A DNA stretch of 63,958 bases, filler included, from Craspedostauros australis (taxonomy: Eukaryota): the NCBI GenBank assembly GCA_030167865.1. It is 8 parts of 8 records of this genome, joined end to end, with 100 filler letters (N's around TTAATTAATTAA, not from the genome) between each part and the next. Parts side by side here need not be neighbours in the genome. Positions count along the whole stretch, not along the records: positions 1 to 20,879 come from JALAGF010004761.1; 7 more parts are not named here. One strand, given 5' to 3'. Each line of letters starts with the position of its first letter. The stretch's first letter is position 1. The notes beneath the pieces are model-generated. The model ran no database searches, was not told the DNA's origin, and saw nothing but the letters and a program-made list of their open reading frames with translations. Below are positions 11,901 to 20,979 of this stretch, piece after piece. A program made the translations under genes and the position numbers.

Positions 11901-12555
11901 GGGAAGCGCGGGGTACTGCATTCTGCTCATCCAGGCATCGAAGGTATTCAACGAACCGTCGTGGTTGGAACTGGCAAGGGACATTGCCGAGCACGGCATC
12001 TGGGCACGTCGCACAGAACGACGCAACCTGGGTCTGTACCGCGGTTTGGCGGGACATGGTTACGTGTGCCTGGCACTGTCGCGGGCCGCGGATCGATTGA
12101 AGAGCCTTGATGCTACGTCGAATCGGCAGCAGCCCCAGCACGAAAGGCTGGATCATGAGTCGCTGTGGTACGAGCGAGCGCAGTACTACTCGCATGCTGC
12201 AGCAGGGAATTGGGGAGACCTGCTGGACGTGCAGACGTCGAAGAATCCATTCTCGTTGTTCGAGGGGCTCGGCGGCACCGCCTGCTTGCTGATGGACTTG
12301 GAGACGCCTTCCGAAGCGTACTTCCCATTGTACGAAATCCCTCCCAACGCCAGCAAGGGGAATGCCGCCGGGGCGTCACAACCGGCGATCACCATTGCGA
12401 CGATGGAAGAAGCGACACCAAGTCCCCAGGTCAACGGTGGACGCGGGATTGCAAATGGCGGCACGCCGACGGGGCAAGACGGAGATCAGCAACACGCATC
12501 GTGGCGTGCGAAGTTGTTCAAGGAGAGTTACTCGTGCGCGTCATCGGGGAAGTGA
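5992..12555 (+). CDS. 2187-aa protein with three LanC-like (LanCL/GCR2) domains and a long low-complexity linker
   Basis: Uninterrupted ORF. LanCL hallmarks: LGAAHG.GI (8740, 11695), WSHG (8944), NPFSLFEGLGG..FPLYEI (~12244-12340), FPLFEL (~9321-9340). A third, more degenerate copy lies at ~6450-7720. Confidence 0.85.
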   Translation: MTNRLHHGGQSRATTRQHRPTQMQAHAGKGMKTKGAAGAGAGKKPVSTAAASSPSRKEGMMVTPTKPRRSSRQPQMTKTGASNGVRAAVTPEEQQHQQQLLMQRSPPAALRPPTAANAAGSPSASSSSSSSSSSDGAGSDAADVNINHYHATLAREWLNHSLRTQPSPDGTLSDGSLFTWTFLQHKYAITMSPPSSSAPPPNGAAATTPVVKVDSAGDAAVDQPDAHHKRSRRRKRLQSAHDVAEQMLSKVVHKDADGASAPASTLSMWSNQWLGSNCMLLVTAQTLHQHTKSSQSSTLMETTSKIVTYLRDQWRQIQASPNNSLPSSPSAVIAYGHLASTAAGALETIFWLRDRLHDPNLASDLVLDLASRILVCGKDTAAYIKQSKARTNSPSPYMLYWKTTGRSANTDWWCDMPGILHSLLNLAPTEWKHLETTSFPKARLIVRSTVDLCMERYGFVVGSKVTSYATSPFSHVLLSLQAHACFGDVRYWRFAEGVADSLLWKQQDSIIDASDVLIGSAQIFLLLASRDANAQTWKQRAQQTCQSLLAKSSAGVGGVLQGVGGVINLLLDLSRKDVAAVNTVRRMIPPQAMPSTVEYYLHEVAANIDDDSVLLMEDPLETRTPVKATTPQQSTTPVVQDHFDDIDGVPQELSESEIPLSRAMDEARKQKPNGATQSPANAVDAQDGSSQRKAEQTNGHVSPKSLEPQKGQSGVDLAMFLLEQNMMNTDSVITNNHNDDQLESLLYLRVMLSNALAAACNDPTGDNCIYLKTAWVDATSALRAKEKLASSRSADAPMPDLLNTNALGINCLLVAIMRRRDKTDKAHSLADQIIQQLQREYDSETKDCSLVGGKASLLRAIAYLRRTLDESMFGSTLVLQIAKDILMIGMQTARNYKSSYMLLWDHQDDDSAVPQLGAAHGLIGILYTLLDALHAEEWTALDQSLPRVKDVIYSTIENLENTRDPCGRIFPTIDDTGRYAPSPSWSHGSIGYLFLLVKAAQVYDDDDWFLELACDIGEQALWPYVEDGDKESRAIDAGLDGGYTGFGYAFLLLSKISTSHINWHERAKHCTKMAMEKLFQPPGDAKLTMSHGIGGLISLLTHMEAKQTIDFPLFELPIVLRIDETLYQNDQRDVRQLDFGNVEDALSAVMEAPDEDKVSVSEPNDVAAETKQNDDKKTANVPIVVPENGAELASPKPTATAPSAESISREEALAAYKKKKKEEADKALKLKEEEKAKRQATANQRINGHLNSPPPQQRKTGGPAVVSNGVTQESPAATTKVQVLTTSSNTTTPTKSARLASMRKANKSTPRKARATPQKQQEPHQQESVSTKASIVGAATKEDNKDSSYVMETKSPIKPVTPAGATNGTGDAKTDDAAPNTKIASPQLTPKTREQQLQEYLARKETKAETKVKSKSTPSPSRKGKDVASSTKKSATKQSQKAKSSLTPKKATTPEATTGGSGRKSNAGVVSPEQGKTVTVSDGQAGVSVESNTAVVEKTQKNTAAATTPTPPPATASTVEEKHAAITRAEIVVAKEQDKWNGATNPTSGAGTNKGDYKLVQTPAPKIAVRQEIKTQKRTNVTSVAAAVASTTKAVTQATPAMSPQDPLWTAPQANVHSQTNTQQSARQQASNVKSSARIKDTRLIVSPLALRQLFSQPRPSNAPTASSASPSPNKKKNHHQQQRSALPVPGATTLLAQQFITGCLHNSSTEGSLYLGGIGATLLLRIRLGEHLSRRPQDSGISWRRPLVAAKNAALKALEKAVVSERDKQQNVFHGSLLSGHWVGAKTMLAAASALLGDTTAAMSQANQLLAILESDFSMHPKACCDLVSGFAGALQTIWCLRHYLKDTTFGYDFVVNITTAILIQGMETAKEITKEGTPASPTTSDSAFLKWKRKGRLYLGAAHGAVGILQSLLGLSTLEWETVESELPGARRVVRHTIECLDTFRSDDLITKQKLHCKVSNELRDWTAGSAGYCILLIQASKVFNEPSWLELARDIAEHGIWARRTERRNLGLYRGLAGHGYVCLALSRAADRLKSLDATSNRQQPQHERLDHESLWYERAQYYSHAAAGNWGDLLDVQTSKNPFSLFEGLGGTACLLMDLETPSEAYFPLYEIPPNASKGNAAGASQPAITIATMEEATPSPQVNGGRGIANGGTPTGQDGDQQHASWRAKLFKESYSCASSGK

Positions 12556-13169
12556 ATATGAACATCGACATGCACACGGATTCGGGCATGAACATGTGCA
12601 AGTACATGAACGTGAATATAAAGCGAATTCTTAACAGGAGGGAGGTTTCGGTGGAAGTGCTGTATGCCTCCGCACCGCACACTGTCGCTTGGTGTGGAGC
12701 ATAATACTCTCTGATGAAACATAATAGAATAGGACCAGACATACTCGTAGCTCGTGCCCGAAGGGTTGCAGAAGTACAGCCTGTTTCGGTAGGTCGCTGT
12801 GAGTGTCGTTTCAAGGACGAAGTACCAATCGAAGCCAGAGAGAGAGTGGGTGCTGGCGCGTGCTGAATGGAAGACGAGCGAACATCCTTCTTCGAAGTTC
12901 TGGATTCTGTTCTGTTCTCGTTGTAGTTTTTGTTGTGCGGGCGAACGACCATCATTGTGACTCGATCTTGTGGTTGCGTCATCATCCACATCACATCATG
13001 GATGTTGCTACAAACAGAGAGAGAGAGAGAGGGCATGGATACCATTGCGTGGATGCCATTGGAGCATTCAGATAATCCTACTCGAAGACGAACAAAGAGG
13101 CTCGATTCCATAGTCGTAGTCGGCACAATCAGCAAGCAGCAGCAACGCAACAACAACAAACCAACCATT

Positions 13170-14036
13170 ATGCGAAGGCGGCATGATGTGTCAGTCGTCG
13201 TTGCGTCTTGTGCCATCATCGCAGCGGCAATGCTGACAACGACAGTGGTTGGCTTTGTGGACACCGTGGCGACTCATACCAGGACCCCAACAGCTTGCAA
13301 CTCTCCACAACAACATCATCAACAACGATGGTTGCATGGCCAATGTGCATTTGCGGTCACTGCGATGCAAGCCATGTCGAACACCGCAAATGATAGTGAT
13401 GGTGATAATGAAGGTGATGGGTTCCAGGAGCAAAAGAAGAAACAGAAGGAGACTGCAGTTGGTCTGGATCAATCCAATGGCGCTTCCGAAACGGCCACCA
13501 ACCTCACAACAACAACGACGACGACAACAACAGATATGACCAGCGCCTTGGCCTTGCAACATCAAGCGGAGAAGCTGCGTCAAGAAGCTGATGCTTTACG
13601 CATGGATTTGGAACTCGCAAAGGAAGAGAAGATGGTCAAACGCATGATGAAGATTGACGGTTGGATCGACAATTTGCTCCTCATCGATGCATCCAGCGAC
13701 AGCAACACCGAGGTGCTCAACACGGTCGATACCGTCATGCAGATGCTGCGCGACCAACGATTCTCACAGGAGCAGGTGCAGACCATGTACCTCCGGTTGC
13801 GCGATCTGCGTCCCAACCAGAGCAGCCGCAGTCGCTGTTCACCGCTCATGGAGCTCCTCGTGGATGCGGCCGGCAAGCTGGACAGCGTGGATCGAGAGGA
13901 CAATCCCAACAAACGCTGGAATGGCAAGGTGGAGCGCGATCTGCGACGGCGTCTGTTCGCGAAGGATTACGGCATCGATCTCGATGGTGACATCGATGGG
14001 GGCGATGGGAATGATGGGAAGGCCGGGTGGGGTTGA
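13170..14036 (+). CDS. Hypothetical protein, probably plastid-targeted, with a coiled coil
   Basis: ATG at 13170, in frame with ORF 12930-14036, gives a signal-like leader (VSVVVASCAIIAAAMLTTTVVG-F). Then a transit-like region, coiled coil (QAEKLRQEADALRMDLE) and a globular-looking C-terminus. Confidence 0.7.
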   Translation: MRRRHDVSVVVASCAIIAAAMLTTTVVGFVDTVATHTRTPTACNSPQQHHQQRWLHGQCAFAVTAMQAMSNTANDSDGDNEGDGFQEQKKKQKETAVGLDQSNGASETATNLTTTTTTTTTDMTSALALQHQAEKLRQEADALRMDLELAKEEKMVKRMMKIDGWIDNLLLIDASSDSNTEVLNTVDTVMQMLRDQRFSQEQVQTMYLRLRDLRPNQSSRSRCSPLMELLVDAAGKLDSVDREDNPNKRWNGKVERDLRRRLFAKDYGIDLDGDIDGGDGNDGKAGWG

Positions 14037-14657
14037 AAACAAGTAGGCGTCGGTATGGAATTGGTGGCGTCGAAAATGCGCACGAGGGTGAGGATACCTC
14101 GTTTCCAATCCAAGGCGCGGGATTCTTCGAGTTGCGAGTGGAGTCTGTGAGACGACAACTGTGTTCAATTGGATGAAAGGATTGGCCAGGTCGCGTGGTG
14201 TCACGTCTACCTCCTCATCTTCAGCCATCAGCATGTTCGGTACCGCCACGACCTTCGATGGCTGCCGGTGATCGTTTTCTGTTTCTGTATCGAAGAAGCG
14301 TGGGCGTCGCAGCAATCTATGAAGGATACCTGCGAAGTATGGTGTTGCTCGCGTCGCAAGATCACACACCGACTTTGAGAATAGCTCCATGTTGGTCAGG
14401 TCGGCTCGGTTCAACCAAATACAGCACGAGTCTCAAACAACTCCGTTCCGCATGTTTTCGATCAGGAGAATGAATCAGTGCGGATAGCAATTCGTCTAGC
14501 ATACAATGGTGAGACTACTTCCTGGAAAACGTCGTATTACATTATAAGTTTACGAAATCGCTTTTGCACTGCTATCTTATCTAATGTCATGCCGCATTCT
14601 AAGTCTGTGGTCTTCTCAATCATGGGGCAGAGCGTGCATTGGTATTCCACCAATAGT

Positions 14658-15356
14658 TTACTCCTTCATGTCTGCAGCTTCGGCGTTCGGATCGGATACG
14701 GTGACCACCGTCGGCTTCTTGGCAGCCTCTGCCTCTGCCTGTGGCTTGGTGTCTGTGTCCATTCCTTCTTCAACAGCAGGCAGTGCCGGAACTCCCGAGA
14801 TTGGAATCTTACGAATGCTTGGTTTGATGCGCTTGGGATCCTTCGGCGCCGTCACGACGAGGACGCCGGTGTCCAAATTCGCGCTGAGCTTGTCCACCTC
14901 CACGGACGGGTCCATGGAGTAGCTCTGGCTGAAGCTCGACTTGAATGAGCAGTTCTCGCTTGTGGACTCGCGATGTCCGCTGACGGTGAGGATGTTGTCT
15001 TTGAGGCCAATGTCAATGTCTTCCATCTTGACGCCTGGGATCTCCACCTCCAGCTTGAACTGCTTGTCATCGTTGACGATATGGGATCGTGGAGACGATC
15101 GGGTCAACGATCCCACCGCCGTCGAAAGATGACGCTGGCGACGAGGCGGTCTGGAAGTAGCTGGCCGGCCCTCCAACATGAAGTGTGGCATGGGCGAATG
15201 GAAGAATGAGGATCGAGGCGGGAAGACAAGGTCATCGAAGTCGGTATCGTCATCGTCGTCCATGAACCATCCAGGCGGCATGAATGGGGTAAATGGAGTG
15301 TGGGTATATGAAGGGAAGGCGAATGAAGGGAAGCCGATTTTCTTATCGAAGGTCAT
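14658..15356 (-). CDS. HSP20: Small heat-shock protein (HSP20/alpha-crystallin family)
   Basis: Alpha-crystallin motifs FKLEVEIPGVKMEDIDI..LTVSGHR..FSQSYSM..LSANLDTGVLVVTAPK and C-terminal IPI (IxI). Likely start MTFDKK at 15356. Confidence 0.92.
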   Translation of the reverse strand: MTFDKKIGFPSFAFPSYTHTPFTPFMPPGWFMDDDDDTDFDDLVFPPRSSFFHSPMPHFMLEGRPATSRPPRRQRHLSTAVGSLTRSSPRSHIVNDDKQFKLEVEIPGVKMEDIDIGLKDNILTVSGHRESTSENCSFKSSFSQSYSMDPSVEVDKLSANLDTGVLVVTAPKDPKRIKPSIRKIPISGVPALPAVEEGMDTDTKPQAEAEAAKKPTVVTVSDPNAEAADMKE

Positions 15357-16615
15357 GATGCACTGTTGCTTTGTTGCTTGGTTGCTTGGTTGTGGTGGGA
15401 ATGAGTTCGAATGTGCGTCTTGTTGGGTTCGAGCTATGTGTTCGGTTGTGTCTTTGATTGCGTTCTCAGTTGTTGAATTTCTGATTTTATGAGCTGATGG
15501 GAACTGGATTGTGTCGATGCACAAGCAGATGGCTTGACCACTGCAGTGCGTTGGCGTACTGGCAATTCCATTGCGAAGCAACTGACCAACCAACAAGACA
15601 GCGCATCGACGGGGCAATTGAACCATGGAAACGACGAGAGATTTGCGACAAAATGTGAGCAGGTCTCAAAATCGAAGGGAATAGATTTCTGTGGTGAGTC
15701 CCGCCAACCATCAACATTGACACCCAAAAGATGAAGATAGAACTCTGATCGAGTCGTAAGTAGGTATGGCAGTTCTTGTGGCGAGCATGGCAACCTCTCT
15801 CTAGAGAGAGAGACTGGCACCAATAGAGACGACTTAGGCAAGAACTCATTCCTATCAGAATGTTGATGTTCCCGGTATGTGGTGAACACACGAGAATATC
15901 TTGCTCTCCAGAGACAGAGAGAGAGACTTGTTTCTGTTTGTGTACTATATCGTGCCAATACACACGCACCATCGATACATCGTTGGAGTGTTGGGCCAAA
16001 CGTTGATACCAAGTCTACAGGGAGCGCATGCTGGCAGCCCGAATTCGGAAAATGGCCACACCTGGCTATGGTGCCCGTTGATACAATACAATACGAGGGT
16101 CAACTCAGGGCCACTGCACATTGGTTCACATGCGCCGATGGTTCACTCCTTCATGGTGTTGTTCTGTGCCATTCTTGCGCCGATGCTGCAGCTCCATTCT
16201 GCTTTCCACAGAAGATGCTGACGAGCACAAGGATCTTTGACTAGCTTCCGCACCAGGCGCAACAGTGATAGCCCATTCATTCTTCTCTTCATCTCGTTCA
16301 CGCGACACAGTGTATTCGCAGTGATACCAAGAGCTGCCAGGCTAGTTGCTCGACTCAGACGACTACATGTTCGAAGGATACCCTTGGGCGGTTGTGAAAT
16401 AACGGTTCCATCCAGATTTGAAAATCGGGAACGTGTGGAATTCGCACGATCTGCAACAAGAAGCAACGCCATCGTCATCAGCGAATTGAGGCTGCTGCAT
16501 GCGAGTAACGATCATGGCCATGGCCATCAAATGAACGCCAACAACATCATCAACAGCAACATTGACGTCCTGACAATACGATGCAAGCGTATTCTCGCAT
16601 TAGCACATCAGCGCA

Positions 16616-18331
16616 ATGCGAGCGAGGATGAGCAAGATGACATCCATCAAGGCAACGAGCAATGTGGATGGCTGCCACTCTGAATACAACCTTGACGCAA
16701 AGAGCATCAGCCATGTGACTAGACCGCCCACCAAACGAATGAGAAACGCAGGATACGGTACCAAGGTTATCCTCGTGTCGGTTTTCCTCTTCGTCGCAGG
16801 AGTGGTGATGGTGCAGTTTGATGAGAGCCTTCTCTCTGATTTCCGCAATTTGCAGTCGATTGATGCTCACAACGATGCGGTGGGGACAACAAACACAAAT
16901 AAAGGAATACCCACCGACACGGCCACGACCATGACGATTGTCAGAGCAATGGCTGCAACGAAGTTGGAAGCGCCTGCGACGACGGCTGATGATGCCGCGA
17001 CGGCAGATACCAACTCAGGTTCGGCCACCACGGCAGGCTCGGCTACCACCACATCCGAAATGCTCACCCTACCACGGACGAGCACCAACATCGCAGCGGA
17101 TGTTTCCAGCCAATCGCTGCTTTCCATATCCGCTGTCGTGGTTCCGACGACGAGCGCGAGTATTGTGACCAGAAAACCGACAAAGCCGAGCGTGTCTGTT
17201 CGGGTGAAACGGAAGAAGCCGGCGACCTGTTACCGACGTGCGTACGGCTCGCCGCGAGTCGTGACCTACGCACCGGACTTTGAATTTGACCTGAAGGTTC
17301 CATTCTACGTTTACGACAACGAGCTCAACATGGCAGACATGAAGTCGTGCGGGATTCCCATCGAGTTCACAGACTATACGCACTACAAGCACTCCGACGA
17401 CTATTGGATGCTGCAGAGCGCACTGGTCCATCCCATGAGGACCAATGATCCCGACAAGGCGAGGCTCTTCTTCGTGCCGCTGATGCTCAACGCTGTCGCA
17501 GATTCGTACGCGTACAAGAACAGAAACCTCTGCATTCAGGGTGGCAAGGTATGCTTCGACAACGAGCTGCGCTCTGATGCAACATTGGGTTGGACCGACA
17601 AGCACCTGGCCCAGTCCAGCCACTTCCAACGGTCGAACGGGACGGATCATGTGCTCGTTCTGTCGCATTTCCTAGGTCAAGCATCGTACAACATGTTTGG
17701 CGATTATGAACACCTGCTGTCATGCAACCGCATCATCTTCGAAGACTTCGCGCAACGACGGCCGAACAGCACCGCTCCTGATCGCATCGAGCTGCCGGGC
17801 CTGTACGTTGCCAACTTCGATGGGTGCGCACCAACGACGCAAGGTAAAAGGACGGACGATTTCGCCATGATCGCGAACATGCACCCGCTCAATCCAGATT
17901 TCGAAGATCGGGGCCACATCTGCGATTGGCTGAAGCAAGGCAACTATTCTCATAGCACATGTGGACGGGGTGCCATGTGCCCAGCCCTCGCGGATGCAAG
18001 GTTTGGATTTCATCCACGCGGAGACACCTTCGGTTCCAACCGGGCCTTCGACATCGTGGCCAGCGACGCCGTGCCCATCTTCACTCGGAAGGAACAGTAC
18101 GACATCATGCCGGAGTTTGCACCATTTCGGGAGATGAGTTTCTTCGTGGATGTGACATCCGCCGAAGCCTTCCACGCCTCCTTGAAACCGTTGATGGAGA
18201 TGTCACAACAGGAATACAACGACAAGCTGGAAATCATGAGGAAGCATGCCAGCCGCGTTGACGTGAAGTCCGGTGAACCCTTCGATGCGTACATGGCGAC
18301 GTTCGCCAGGAAGTTGCGCTTGCAGGACTGA
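16616..18331 (+). CDS. Exostosin-family (GT47) glycosyltransferase, type II membrane
   Basis: N-terminal TM (VILVSVFLFVAGVVMV) and Thr/Ala stem. Motifs FYVYD, HPMRTNDPDKARLFFVP, FQRSNGTDHVLV, FGFHPRGDT..RAFD...VPIF. Confidence 0.85.
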   Translation: MRARMSKMTSIKATSNVDGCHSEYNLDAKSISHVTRPPTKRMRNAGYGTKVILVSVFLFVAGVVMVQFDESLLSDFRNLQSIDAHNDAVGTTNTNKGIPTDTATTMTIVRAMAATKLEAPATTADDAATADTNSGSATTAGSATTTSEMLTLPRTSTNIAADVSSQSLLSISAVVVPTTSASIVTRKPTKPSVSVRVKRKKPATCYRRAYGSPRVVTYAPDFEFDLKVPFYVYDNELNMADMKSCGIPIEFTDYTHYKHSDDYWMLQSALVHPMRTNDPDKARLFFVPLMLNAVADSYAYKNRNLCIQGGKVCFDNELRSDATLGWTDKHLAQSSHFQRSNGTDHVLVLSHFLGQASYNMFGDYEHLLSCNRIIFEDFAQRRPNSTAPDRIELPGLYVANFDGCAPTTQGKRTDDFAMIANMHPLNPDFEDRGHICDWLKQGNYSHSTCGRGAMCPALADARFGFHPRGDTFGSNRAFDIVASDAVPIFTRKEQYDIMPEFAPFREMSFFVDVTSAEAFHASLKPLMEMSQQEYNDKLEIMRKHASRVDVKSGEPFDAYMATFARKLRLQD

Positions 18332-19357
18332 GAGAAGAGGTGTGGAACACAAGTACGGTTTATGAAGTCCTCGTATGTACTGGTCCTTGTCATGAGATGT
18401 ATGGTATTATCCCTTCATGACCTAGGGGATTACTTCGATCCAATATAAATTTCATTGTCACTCCATTCCGTTTTTGACCGCAACTTTTACATGTACCCCT
18501 CCACTTTTCTTGTACCAACGGAATCCTTGGGAGTTTGCGCTTCTTCTGATCTTCCTGAATCAGGGGTCTTCTTACTGCGGTTAGGTCGCCATCGGCCTCC
18601 GAAGTACTCGTGAATCATTTTTTCGACGACGGGACTGAAGGGAAAACTCATCAGCGAGGCCATCATCGCTGATTTTCGTGACACATCAATAGGGAGATAT
18701 CGCATGTAAAATGAAGCCACCCCTGGAACCTGTCGTGGTGACAACCAGTGGGGAGCTCTCCCCAAATGTTCGCGTTCGCGTTGGATCTTGGAGGGACTGA
18801 AATAATCAANNNNNNNNNNNNNNNNNNNNNNNNNNNNNNNNNNNNNNNNNNNNNNNNNNNNNNNNNNNNNNNNNNNNNNNNNNNNNNNNNNNNNNNNNNN
18901 NNNNNNNNNNNNNNNNNTTGTTTCCATTCACAGCAAACAAAAATGAATGCTCAACGCTTCCACATGCATGTTCGTGCTTGTTGGTATCACTGCCTACTGT
19001 TCCGTTTCCGTGTTTCTGCCATACAGGTCATATGTAGCACTTGCCTTGTATGTGTTCCCACTCTAGATTTCCCCAAAGCACAGCCCCAACCCTCCTCCAT
19101 CCCCAGACCGCTNNNNNNNNNNNNNNNNNNNNNNNNNNNNNNNNNNNNNNNNNNNNNNNNNNNNNNNNNNNNNNNNNNNNNNNNNNNNNNNNNNNNNNNN
19201 NNNNNNNNGAGAGCGCGATGTGATGTCCCAGCGCATGGGATTTTACTTCCAAACACTCCAAGAGCTGCCACCATGGCCCATCCCCACCCACCTTTGCCAG
19301 CTCGCCCTGCAGGTCCCAACGTCAGAGCCACGACAGGCAGAATGGCTGGTCACTCTG

Positions 19358-20879
19358 CTAATAATAATAACTCAGTGATTACATCATAGATGTGCCTCAA
19401 GGCTTTACCCTTGCCGCCGCCGGCCCCGTAGGACTAGGCTTTGAGCGAGCCGTCAAGTTGCCACTCATCCTATTCCCAGCCATGCTGCCATGGCCTGCCA
19501 TTCTGCCTGCATAGATCGAGCCCTGCGTCTGGCCTTCAATGCCACTTGTACCGCTGTCATAGAGTGCACCCACTGCTGCATTTGCAGCTCGGTATCATAC
19601 TCAATATTCCAGCCGCCCCTGAGCAGGTGAAGCTCCAATGCCGTCATGTCGCTGCTCGTGCTCTGTTGCATCCATTGCACCTGTCAGCGCAGGTCCTTCA
19701 TCGTCGGATGCTGATCCGCGTCATGTACTTTTTCGTTCCTGGCAATCCAAACCGTCCACGGTACTTTCCAGATCCACCGCACCATCTCTCGCGCCCGACG
19801 CTCTCGCGTCTGGATATATGCACTCGTTCGTTGTCATCCACTGTGTCTGCTGGCGGACCCAATCCCGATGGATGAAACCAAGCAGGAGGGGGTACCAACC
19901 GATGTAACTTTGCGACCCATCCACTCGGAGCTTTCGCCTCCATTTCACCAGCCCCACTCTCATATTTCGCACCAGTCGCGGACATGTGCCTATCCGTACC
20001 ATGCGGTCGAGAAGTTCTGACGTAGAGGTCTGCCAGGCTTCCTGGTGTTCGCTACAGCGGGGCACATGCATCGTTGTCTCGTCCTGCTGGCAGAACTGAC
20101 ACTTCGGCGTCTCTCGCTGACCAACCTGGTGCAGTTTCTTGTTGACTCCGACGAAGCCTGATGACCACTTCGAGACAAACTTTGCCACCTCTTTGTTCTT
20201 CTTGGCCGCGCGCGTCTTTTTGTATGTGTACCAGTCCACCTGTGTCAGTTGATCTTCGTCCCACTGGAACTTTGATGCCCAATAGGTAGCTGCGTTGGCA
20301 GACTGCAGCAGCTCGTGGAGCTCCTTCGCGTCCACATGCGAGTAGTCGGCGTTGCGGAGACGTAACCTCCATCTGTTCGTAGACGTGTGCCACCTTTTCA
20401 CCCGACGTCGGCTCTCTGTCAGGCTCCAGAACTGCTTGGCGTGGTCGTCGACTACTATGTTGAGTTTCTCCAGCCTTGTCAGTTGCTTGCCAGTGTCATC
20501 CTGGTGGCCTTTCATCCACTTCCAGTGCAGTATCGCCGGAATTCTGTGCTGCAGCTCTCGAATCTCAGTCAGGACATCCCAGTCGCGTTGGCCCAGGCGT
20601 AGTCCATCCTCTTGGGCCTGCAACATCGCCTGCTTACCGTCAAGTGCAATGGTAATCGCACACGAGGCGTCCAGACCTCGCATCCTGGCTATCACGGTAA
20701 GCGACGCCCAGATTCCCGCGAGTTTGCTTCTGTAAGCACTTTGCACTTCGGACGGGCCCGGGACGAACGTCTGGCACGTCATGCTTGCCGTCGTTGCCTC
20801 GTCGTACAGAATAGAAGCCGCGGTCCCTCTGGAATCTTTGAATGATCCGTCACTCACCACGAGCAGCTGGGATCTCCGT
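19358..20879 (-). mobile_element. 3' fragment of a non-LTR retrotransposon (RNase H plus C-terminal Cys/His motif), frameshifted
   Basis: RNase H motifs VSDGSF..SAYRSKLAG..ALDG..WMKGHQDD..LNIVVD, then CQFC..ETTMHVPRC. After a frameshift near 19800 another frame reads WIWKVPWTVWIARNEKVH. Short (TTA)n at ~19359-19370 may be the 3' tail. 5' part is lost in the gap. Confidence 0.8.
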
Positions 20880-20979
20880 NNNNNNNNNNNNNNNNNNNNN
20901 NNNNNNNNNNNNNNNNNNNNNNNTTAATTAATTAANNNNNNNNNNNNNNNNNNNNNNNNNNNNNNNNNNNNNNNNNNNN
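20880..20979. other. Artificial contig spacer N44-TTAATTAATTAA-N44 (also 27043-27142, 40187-40286, 44117-44216, 55607-55706, 57181-57280, 60189-60288)
   Basis: The same 100-nt pattern, carrying stops in all six frames, occurs seven times. Confidence 0.98.

Noticed and set aside
5992..14036. Lanthipeptide biosynthetic cluster around the LanC-like gene
   Set aside because: No LanB/LanM dehydratase, precursor or transporter is present, and the Zn ligands are absent.
18487..18808. Minus-strand ORF end running out of an N gap
   Set aside because: Too short and without a recognisable motif; it may be a gene 3' end but cannot be supported.
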